From assembly GCA_046263195.1 (NCBI GenBank), contig JBHELG010000033.1, positions 4,364 to 68,363 on the forward strand: a stretch of 64,000 nt of DNA, given 5' to 3'. Each line of letters opens with the position of its first letter. Positions within the stretch are counted from its first letter, which is position 1. Made by a program: the position numbers and the translations under genes. The stretch comes from Nitriliruptorales bacterium (GTDB lineage Bacteria > Actinomycetota > Nitriliruptoria > Nitriliruptorales > JAHWKO01). Positions 55,702 through 64,000 of the stretch are shown here, piece by piece. Below the pieces are notes generated by a model. It was given only the letters and a program-made list of their open reading frames with translations, made no database searches and was not told where the DNA came from.

Positions 55702-56313
55702 ACGGCACCTGCGCTCTGGACGAGGGCCTCCCGGCCAGGTGGGACCTTCTCACGAGTACTCCTACCCTCAAAGGAGAGGAGACGTCTCAACGAGGAGCAC
55801 ACGGCCTCCGACCTGGTTTCTCAGGCCGGTACTGGAGCCGGTTCGACAGGGCGAGCGAGTGGCCAGAACCGGGGTGCCCGCGGCGGAGCTGGTCGCCCCG
55901 TCCGATGCGCGGTGGGTACAACGAAGGGCATTCCTCCTGTCAACCGGGCACGTCGTTGTGCCGAGAAGACACAGGGAGAGCACGAGGTGGAAGGGCCTGT
56001 CTGAGCGGGGAATGGGAGGCGCACTCTTGGAGTTCACCGGGGTCTCGTGCCAGCCAGTACTCGCTCGCGGGGAGTTCAGCGGCCGACGACGCCGGAAGGC
56101 GGGAGCGACAGCTCGAGTGAGGTGGTGCGGATCGCGCCACGGGATACCCTCGGAGAGGAACATCCCGGCAGCCCGTCGCGTTGCAAAGGATGCCGGCGGG
56201 GCGACGGCAGCGCTCGCCGGCTTGTTGTGGAGACGTGGTGACGGCGCCTCGCCGTCGGTTCTGGGAGGCCACCGCGGTCGTGGCAACGACGGCGGAAGCC
56301 GGTCCGTAGAGGT

Positions 56314-56319
56314 TAGAAT
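56314..56319 (+). promoter_or_regulatory. candidate -10 hexamer (TAGAAT) for clpC
   Basis: TAGAAT lies 76 nt upstream of the clpC ATG. There is no convincing -35. The RBS GAGGTGGGAG is 9 nt before the ATG. Confidence 0.3.
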
Positions 56320-56394
56320 CCGTTTGGGGAATCCCGTCCTGCAAGGTCCAGCTTTCGGGACGGCATCACCCCAACGAGGTGGGAGTTCACACTG

Positions 56395-58911
<2,517 letters not shown>

Positions 58912-58931
58912 TCCCCGCTCGTAACGTGCTC

Positions 58932-58963
58932 CTCAAACCCCCGCGCTTCGGCGGGGGTTTGAG
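58932..58963. terminator. bidirectional intrinsic-terminator-like hairpin between convergent clpC and ridA
   Basis: Perfect 13-bp stem CTCAAACCCCCGC / GCGGGGGTTTGAG with a 6-nt loop, 21 nt after the clpC TAG and 24 nt from the ridA stop. Confidence 0.7.
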
Positions 58964-58986
58964 CATAGGGGGGCCGCGGGTAGGAC

Positions 58987-59466
58987 TCAGCGCCCTCCAA
59001 GTAGCTCCAGCACCGCCTCGACCTCGACGGGGCTGTCGAGGGGGAGGCAGGACACGCCCACTGCGGAGCGGGCATGGACCCCGGCGTCACCGAGTACCGC
59101 GCCGAGCAGCTGGCTGGCCCCGTTCGCCACGAGGTGCTGTTCGGTGAAACCAGGCTCGCTCGCCACGAACACCGTGACCTTGGCGACCCGGATCCGGGAC
59201 AGGGATCCGGCCGCGGCTTTCGCGACTGCGAGGAGATTGATGGCCGCGGCGCGGGCCTCTTCGACGCCCTCCTGCGTTGTGAGCTCAGCCCCCAGCTTGC
59301 CGGCACGCCGAAGACGACCATCTACAAGCGGGATCTGGCCCGCAGTGAAGACGAGCCCCCCCGTGGTCGTCCAGTGCACGTAGTCGGCTGCCGGTCTCGG
59401 CAGGCCCGGGAGCGTCACCCCGAGCTCGGCGAGGCGAGTCTCGGGATCGGGGGGCGGAGCCGTCAC
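58987..59466 (-). CDS. RidA/YjgF-family protein
   Basis: 3' 159 codons of ORF 58987..59646(-). The GTG on complement 59464..59466 overlaps the upstream TGA (GTGA). 'LVFTAGQIPLVDG' and 'RIRVAKVTVFV...ARSAVGVSCLPLDSPVEVEAV' are present. Confidence 0.8.
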   Translation of the reverse strand: MTAPPPDPETRLAELGVTLPGLPRPAADYVHWTTTGGLVFTAGQIPLVDGRLRRAGKLGAELTTQEGVEEARAAAINLLAVAKAAAGSLSRIRVAKVTVFVASEPGFTEQHLVANGASQLLGAVLGDAGVHARSAVGVSCLPLDSPVEVEAVLELLGGR

Positions 59467-59606
59467 GTAGCGGTCTTCGGCCGTTTGAAGTAGGCGACGT
59501 TGTCCACGACCGCGACTAGCTCCCAACCGTCCTCGCCCCACTGATTGAGGATCGCCTGGAGGGCATGACTGACGAGCGGCGCGGTCGCGTACTCCCAAAC
59601 GGTCAC
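59463..59606 (-). CDS. DUF4177-like small protein
   Basis: 3' 47 codons of ORF 59463..59681(-). The GTG at 59606 is preceded by GGAGGGAG-6nt. 'VTVWEYATAPLVSHALQAILNQWGEDGWELVAVVDNVAYFKRP'. The pairing with ridA mirrors the mycobacterial arrangement. Confidence 0.6.
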   Translation of the reverse strand: MTVWEYATAPLVSHALQAILNQWGEDGWELVAVVDNVAYFKRPKTAT

Positions 59607-59738
59607 TGTTCGCTCCCTCCCGCAGGTCGCGCCTCTGGCAGGGCAAGCAGGCCCAAGACCGTCACTACGACCTCTCCCCAAGTCAGTCTCTGCTGCATCC
59701 GTGACGCTTACCGGGCGGCGGCCTCGGTTGCCAGTCCT

Positions 59739-60008
59739 TCACACCGCCCGCGACGCTATCCGCGTGAGCAGGGTCCGTCGCTCCGTCTCACCGAGCCCTC
59801 CCCAGACCCCGTAGACCTCGCCGCGCGCCAACGACAGCTCGCGGCAAGGCTCTATGACGGGGCAAGTGGCACAAATCGACTTTGCAACCGCTTCCCGGGC
59901 CTCGCGGTCGCGCTTCGGCTCGAACCGGTTAGGGCCGAAGAAAAGGGACGTGTCCGTGCCCTTGCAGGCAGCCATGTCCTCCCAGTTGGCGCAATACACC
60001 TCGGCCAC
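59739..60008 (-). CDS. WhiB-family transcription factor
   Basis: 3' part of ORF 59739..60161(-). Start at the GTG at 60008 or 59999. Cys pattern 'AACKG...CATCPVIEPC' followed by 'GVWGGLGETERR'. An AT-richer segment with TTGACC lies upstream at 60085..60140. Confidence 0.8.
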   Translation of the reverse strand: MAEVYCANWEDMAACKGTDTSLFFGPNRFEPKRDREAREAVAKSICATCPVIEPCRELSLARGEVYGVWGGLGETERRTLLTRIASRAV

Positions 60009-60132
60009 GTTCTCCCCCTCGCGCAACCGCCAGGATCTGCAGCCGTCGAGCGCACGAGGAACGGTACGGGGCGACGTGTGCGGAAGTCCAGACCCAATTT
60101 CTAACTTAGAGCATCCAGAGAATAACGCTTGG

Positions 60133-61524
60133 TCAAGAATCAGGGGTAAGGTTGCCGTCACCGGGCGGTCTGGCCTCGCTTCCCAGGAGGGCTGCAGGTT
60201 CGACCGCGTCCACGAGCAGCACCGCCCCGTCCAGTCCTGCGACTCGGACCTCGGTACCGGCTTTGATCCGCCCTGTTTCCTCGCCTATCCAGCGAGCCCG
60301 CCATAGAGCTCCCGCCACGAACACGTGGCCCTCGGGGTTCAGCGCGGACCGGACCATGCCGACGCGGCCGGCGAGGTCTTCGCCGATGGCGCTCGGATCG
60401 GGGCCAGCCTGAGCGCGCAGGACGACTGTCATGATGATGACGAAGTAGACGACCACAACGGCCACGACCGCTCCTACGAGCCACGGCGACAGTCGCAGCC
60501 AGGGTGAATCGCCCGCGAACAGGCGCAAGGAGCCGATCGTGAGCGCGAGCGCGCCCGCTGCGGTTGGAACTCCGAGTCCGGCGATCGCCAGGTCGAGGGC
60601 AAGGGCGAGCACCCCGATGCCGATAAGCCCGAGGGCCCACCAACGCACCGGAAACACGACGAGTCCGTACAGCGTGAGAGGCGACAGTAGGACCGCAGCC
60701 ACCCCGGCCACCCCGAAACCGGGCTGAAAGACCTCGAACGCGGCCAGGAGCAGAACCCCGACCAGCAGGAAGTAGAGGACTGCGGGATCGAGGACGGCGT
60801 GAAGGGCCCGACGCAGGAGTCCAAGGTTGTGAAAGCGGACCGTAACCTCCTGGGGATTGACCTTGAGGGTCCTCGAGCCGGCGTCGGTTTCGAGGCTGCG
60901 ACCGTCCAGATCGACAAGCAGCGCCTCGAGACCGTCGACGACGAGCTCCACGACTCCGCCGTCCCCCCCGGCAGCCAAGTCCGCCGCCGCGGCAACATCC
61001 GACACGAGCGGATCAGCCACGAGGTCGGCGTTGTCTTCCGACTGGCCGCGCTCACGCAGCAAGGCCGCGAGCAGGCCGAGATCCTGCGGATCGCAGTATC
61101 TGGTGGCGGTTACCGGGCAGGCAGGACCAATGCTCGCGGTGCTTGACGCTGCCGGCAGGTCCGAGGCCATGAGGAGAAAGAGGGCGGCTCCGGCCGCCTG
61201 GGCGTTCCCCGGGCCTATCCACACCACGACCGGCACCTGTGAGCGGATCGCCTCTACGACTTCGTGCGGAGCGACGTCGACCGCACCAGGACCGTCGAGT
61301 TGGAGAACGACAGCCTCCGAGCCACGCTCTTCCGCGCGCTCCACGAGGTCTCGCACCGCGGCAAGGACCGGTGGGTCGAGCAGGCCGCTGACCTGGAGGA
61401 TCTCGACGGCAGGTTCGGCCGGAGCGGGAAGGGCGGCAAGTGCTGGAACAGCGGCACCACCTGACAGCAGGAGCACGAGGGCAAGGAGGGACAGGAGGCC
61501 GCGGAGCCTTGCAGGGAAGGTCAT
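60133..61524 (-). CDS. NfeD-family membrane-bound ClpP-class serine protease
   Basis: Inside ORF 60133..61578(-). ATG on complement 61522..61524 with signal peptide 'LLSLLALVLLLSGGAAVPALA'. ClpP-like domain 'VVLQLDGPGAVD...VVVWIGPGNAQAAGAALFL', a multi-TM middle, and a C-terminal OB domain 'GHVFVAGALWRARW...GTEVRVAGLDGAVLLV'. Confidence 0.8.
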   Translation of the reverse strand: MTFPARLRGLLSLLALVLLLSGGAAVPALAALPAPAEPAVEILQVSGLLDPPVLAAVRDLVERAEERGSEAVVLQLDGPGAVDVAPHEVVEAIRSQVPVVVWIGPGNAQAAGAALFLLMASDLPAASSTASIGPACPVTATRYCDPQDLGLLAALLRERGQSEDNADLVADPLVSDVAAAADLAAGGDGGVVELVVDGLEALLVDLDGRSLETDAGSRTLKVNPQEVTVRFHNLGLLRRALHAVLDPAVLYFLLVGVLLLAAFEVFQPGFGVAGVAAVLLSPLTLYGLVVFPVRWWALGLIGIGVLALALDLAIAGLGVPTAAGALALTIGSLRLFAGDSPWLRLSPWLVGAVVAVVVVYFVIIMTVVLRAQAGPDPSAIGEDLAGRVGMVRSALNPEGHVFVAGALWRARWIGEETGRIKAGTEVRVAGLDGAVLLVDAVEPAALLGSEARPPGDGNLTPDS

Positions 61525-61672
61525 CGGACGACAGGGTACTCCGAGCGTCATCTCATAGGTTCCCCCTGCATCCGGCACCTGCTTGCACCGAGCGTGGCGA
61601 AAGTGACCGACCGACGACGTCTGGGAGCCTGGCCGCTACCGCTTCGCTTCGTCCGCGACCTACCCTTTGCGC

Positions 61673-62722
61673 ATGTCTTCCGCGGCTGTCAGCACGATCT
61701 CGCCCGATGTGGTGCCCGAGGGGTTGGACGAGCTGTTCTCATCACGGCTTGCGATCGTGACCGGAAAGGGTGGTGTAGGCAAGACCACGGTCGCGGCGGC
61801 GTTCGGACTCGTTGCGGCGAACTCCGGACGGCGCACGCTCCTCGTGGAAGTCGAGGGGCGGCAGGCCTTCAGCCGCGTCTTCCGCACACAGCCCTGGGAC
61901 TACGTGGAGCGGGAGTTCCGTCCCGATCTCTTCGGGGTGGCCATCGATCCTCACGACGCGATGTATGAATACCTCGAGCTTTTCTACGGTCTCAAACGGG
62001 CTTCGTGGGTCATGTCCCGCGTGAATGCCCTCGACTTCGTCACGGCCGCCGCGCCGGGCTTGCGCGACCTCCTGCTCGTCGGCAAGGTCTACGAGATCGA
62101 GAAGCGTCGACGCAGGGACGGCCGTCCTGTCTACGACTTCATCCTGCTCGACGCTCCGCCGACGGGGCGGATCGTGCCGTTCCTTCAGGCTCCCGATGCG
62201 GTTACCGAGATCGTCCGGGTGGGCCCTGTCCGACGCCAGGCGGGGAACATCATCAGCATGCTCGAGGATCCCCGTCGGGCTCGCGTCGTCGTCGTCACCT
62301 TGCTCGAGGAGATGCCAGTCGTCGAGGGCATCCAGGCGGCGGGAGCGCTGCGAGACGCCGAGCTCTCGATTGGGCCGATTGTCGCGAACCAGGTTCTCAT
62401 GCCCCGGCTGAGCGAAGCCGAGCTCGATGCGCTCGTCGAGCTCGGTGCCGACGGGCTCGTTCGCCGGGCCCAGCAGGGCGGAGCTCGGCTGTCAGACGAT
62501 GCGGCGCAGCTTGCGATCGAGCAGGCCGTGGCCCACCGTGCCCGACTCGAGCTGCAGAATCGCATGCGGAAGCGGCTTCTCGACGAGACGGGGCTGCCGC
62601 TACTCGAACTTCCGCTCTTGACCGGCGCGACTTTCACTGCGGCCGATCTCGAAGTACTCGCCCAGACGATCGAGACGGGGGTTGCGGGAGACGATCTGCT
62701 TACCGGAGGCCGGCGAGCGTGA
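61673..62722 (+). CDS. ArsA/Get3-like P-loop ATPase (first of pair)
   Basis: ORF 61667..62722 (TTG); ATG at 61673. Deviant Walker A 'IVTGKGGVGKTTVAAA' and 'LLDAPPTG'. Confidence 0.85.
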   Translation: MSSAAVSTISPDVVPEGLDELFSSRLAIVTGKGGVGKTTVAAAFGLVAANSGRRTLLVEVEGRQAFSRVFRTQPWDYVEREFRPDLFGVAIDPHDAMYEYLELFYGLKRASWVMSRVNALDFVTAAAPGLRDLLLVGKVYEIEKRRRRDGRPVYDFILLDAPPTGRIVPFLQAPDAVTEIVRVGPVRRQAGNIISMLEDPRRARVVVVTLLEEMPVVEGIQAAGALRDAELSIGPIVANQVLMPRLSEAELDALVELGADGLVRRAQQGGARLSDDAAQLAIEQAVAHRARLELQNRMRKRLLDETGLPLLELPLLTGATFTAADLEVLAQTIETGVAGDDLLTGGRRA

Positions 62723-63867
62723 CTGCGAGAGCGGTCAGGGGAAGGCTAGCCCGAACCCTCGAAGACGACGTCGCCAAAGCCCACATCCTCGTGTGCACGG
62801 GGGCAGGTGGCGTAGGAAAGACGACGACGGCGGCAGCGTTGGGTCTGGCAGCCGCCAGCATGGGTCGGCGCGCACTCGTGCTGACGATCGATCCGGCCCG
62901 ACGGCTGGCCCAGTCGCTGGGTGTCGACGCGCTGGACAACACGCCGCGGCGGGTAGAGGGAGCCGCCGGCGAGCTGTGGGCGATGATGCTCGACATGAAG
63001 CGGACCTTCGATGAGGTCGTCGAGGAGCACGCCGCCAGCCGGGAAAGGGCCGCTGCGATCAAATCGAACCGCATCTACCAGACCCTGTCGTCAACCCTCT
63101 CCGGAACCCAGGAGTACATGGCCATGGAGAAGCTCCACGAGCTCCACATGACCGGAGACTGGGAGCTGCTCCTCATCGACACACCCCCGACCCGCAGTGC
63201 ACTGGACTTCCTTGATGCCCCCCGGCGGATGACCGACTTCCTGGAGGGCAGGCTGCTGAGAGCCCTGCTCCTGCCGGGGATGGCGGCAGGCAAGGGGCTG
63301 ACCCGCATGATCGGATTCGGGACGCAGGCTTTCATGCGGGTCGCGGGCAGGGTGACGGGCATGGAGCTCCTGGAGGACCTCGCCAATTTCTTCCGCAGTT
63401 TCGAGGGCCTCTACGACGGGTTCAAGCAACGTGCCGAGGAGGTGCGCACTCTGCTCGCCGCACCCGATTCTCGCTTCGTCGTCGTGGCCACACCCCAGCC
63501 CCCTCCCCTCCGGGAAGCTCGTTTCTTCTTGGAACGTCTGCAGCAGGAGGGTCTTCATACCGCCGGCGTGGTTGTCAACCGCGTCCATGTCGCGTGTGGC
63601 GACTGTCCCGGTGACGACCATCTACGGCGGGCGTCCCAGGCCCAGCCCGACGACGTGGAGGGGCGGGCTGCCGCAGGGGCACTGCGCCTACTGGCGGATA
63701 TGCAGAACCTCGCGTTGCGCGAACGGCACGACGTCGCTGCAGCCCTGTACGGTCTGAGGCCACCTGCGCTTGTGGAGGTCCCTTTGCTGCGTTCGGATGT
63801 GCACAATCTGGAGACGCTTGGGGAGGTCGCAGATTTCCTCACCGGCGCGGGCAGGCCAGGCTTCTAG
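62719..63867 (+). CDS. ArsA/Get3-like P-loop ATPase (second of pair)
   Basis: 3' 382 codons of ORF 62005..63867. The GTG at 62719 overlaps the upstream TGA (GTGA). 'LVCTGAGGVGKTTTAAAL' and 'LLIDTPPTRSALDFL' are present. Confidence 0.85.
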   Translation: MTARAVRGRLARTLEDDVAKAHILVCTGAGGVGKTTTAAALGLAAASMGRRALVLTIDPARRLAQSLGVDALDNTPRRVEGAAGELWAMMLDMKRTFDEVVEEHAASRERAAAIKSNRIYQTLSSTLSGTQEYMAMEKLHELHMTGDWELLLIDTPPTRSALDFLDAPRRMTDFLEGRLLRALLLPGMAAGKGLTRMIGFGTQAFMRVAGRVTGMELLEDLANFFRSFEGLYDGFKQRAEEVRTLLAAPDSRFVVVATPQPPPLREARFFLERLQQEGLHTAGVVVNRVHVACGDCPGDDHLRRASQAQPDDVEGRAAAGALRLLADMQNLALRERHDVAAALYGLRPPALVEVPLLRSDVHNLETLGEVADFLTGAGRPGF

Positions 63868-63904
63868 CTCATTCCCAGCGGGCGACTGCCGTCGACGGTT
63901 GGGG

Positions 63905-64000
63905 TTAGACGGCGGCCGCAGCTCGCTCGGTTGCCTGTGCGCGTAGTAGGCGCCGCCGCTGCCGCTCGGTCAGTCCCCCCCAGATCCCAAGGTCGATCTC
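63905..64000 (-). CDS. WhiB-family protein, C-terminal fragment (gene continues beyond the window)
   Basis: Read by hand; not in the ORF track. The reverse complement of 63905..64000 translates to 'EIDLGIWGGLTERQRRRLLRAQATERAAAAV*', the conserved WhiB G[IV]WGG turn plus a basic tail. It is convergent with the ArsA-like pair, as whiB4 is in mycobacteria. Confidence 0.7.
   Translation of the reverse strand, partial: EIDLGIWGGLTERQRRRLLRAQATERAAAAV

Noticed and set aside
56115-56150. T-box-like string 'GAGGTGGTGCGGATCGCG' in the lysS-clpC spacer
   Set aside because: It matches the T-box consensus AGGGUGGUACCGCG only partly. There are no specifier-loop or AGTA-box elements. It lies downstream, not upstream, of the aminoacyl-tRNA synthetase gene.
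55616-56394. Expected lsr2 gene or a ClgR operator between lysS and clpC
   Set aside because: No ORF in any frame resembles Lsr2 (no 'MAKKVTVTLVDD'-type start or AT-hook region). No CGC-N5-GCG type palindrome was found upstream of clpC. The absence is reported as part of the spacer finding, not as a feature.

Overview
Very GC-rich, densely coding chromosomal window with actinobacterial gene content and synteny. I call about 65 coding regions, all from motifs read in the translated ORFs; no database or Rfam search was run.

**Layout**
- **1-11.9 kb:** housekeeping and cell-envelope genes. These include the trkA pair, a PDZ/Lon-like protease, a trpG/pabA-type amidotransferase, a polyprenyl synthase, a class E-like sortase, crgA and a 2-hydroxyacid dehydrogenase. 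An aeRF1-like (baeRF/Vms1-type) protein and a DUF222/HNH endonuclease with irregular small ORFs also lie here.
- **12.0-36.6 kb:** one co-directional cobalamin operon of 21 genes. It is headed by a promoter-like pair and a clear cobalamin riboswitch. The order is cbtB, cbtA, cobC, cbiB, cobQ, cobN, chlI/D, cobO, cobB, cobI, cobA-hemD, cobM, cbiD, cobL, cbiG-cobJ, ferredoxin, cobH, cbiX, cobU-decarboxylase fusion, cobT, cobS. Most junctions are ATGA or GTGA overlaps.
- **36.7-64 kb:** an FkbM methyltransferase and two unknown envelope proteins. The conserved block follows: metalloprotease, tilS, hpt, ftsH, folE, folP, folB, folK, DUF2520, HDAC-like, panC, panD, nadC, coaX, lysS, clpC. The window ends with ridA, DUF4177, whiB, nfeD, two ArsA-like ATPases and a second, partial whiB.

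No rRNA, tRNA, CRISPR array or transposase was recognised.

**Most notable observations**
- The B12 operon mixes anaerobic-type markers (CbiX, CbiD, CbiG, a ferredoxin) with a CobN-ChlID chelatase. It has no CobG, CobF or CobK.
- A 779-nt stem-loop-rich non-coding spacer separates lysS from clpC, where lsr2 sits in mycobacteria.
- A degenerate ~28-nt repeat array lies between panD and nadC.
- There are several unlisted or frame-switching small ORFs.
- folP carries a ~105-codon N-terminal extension.
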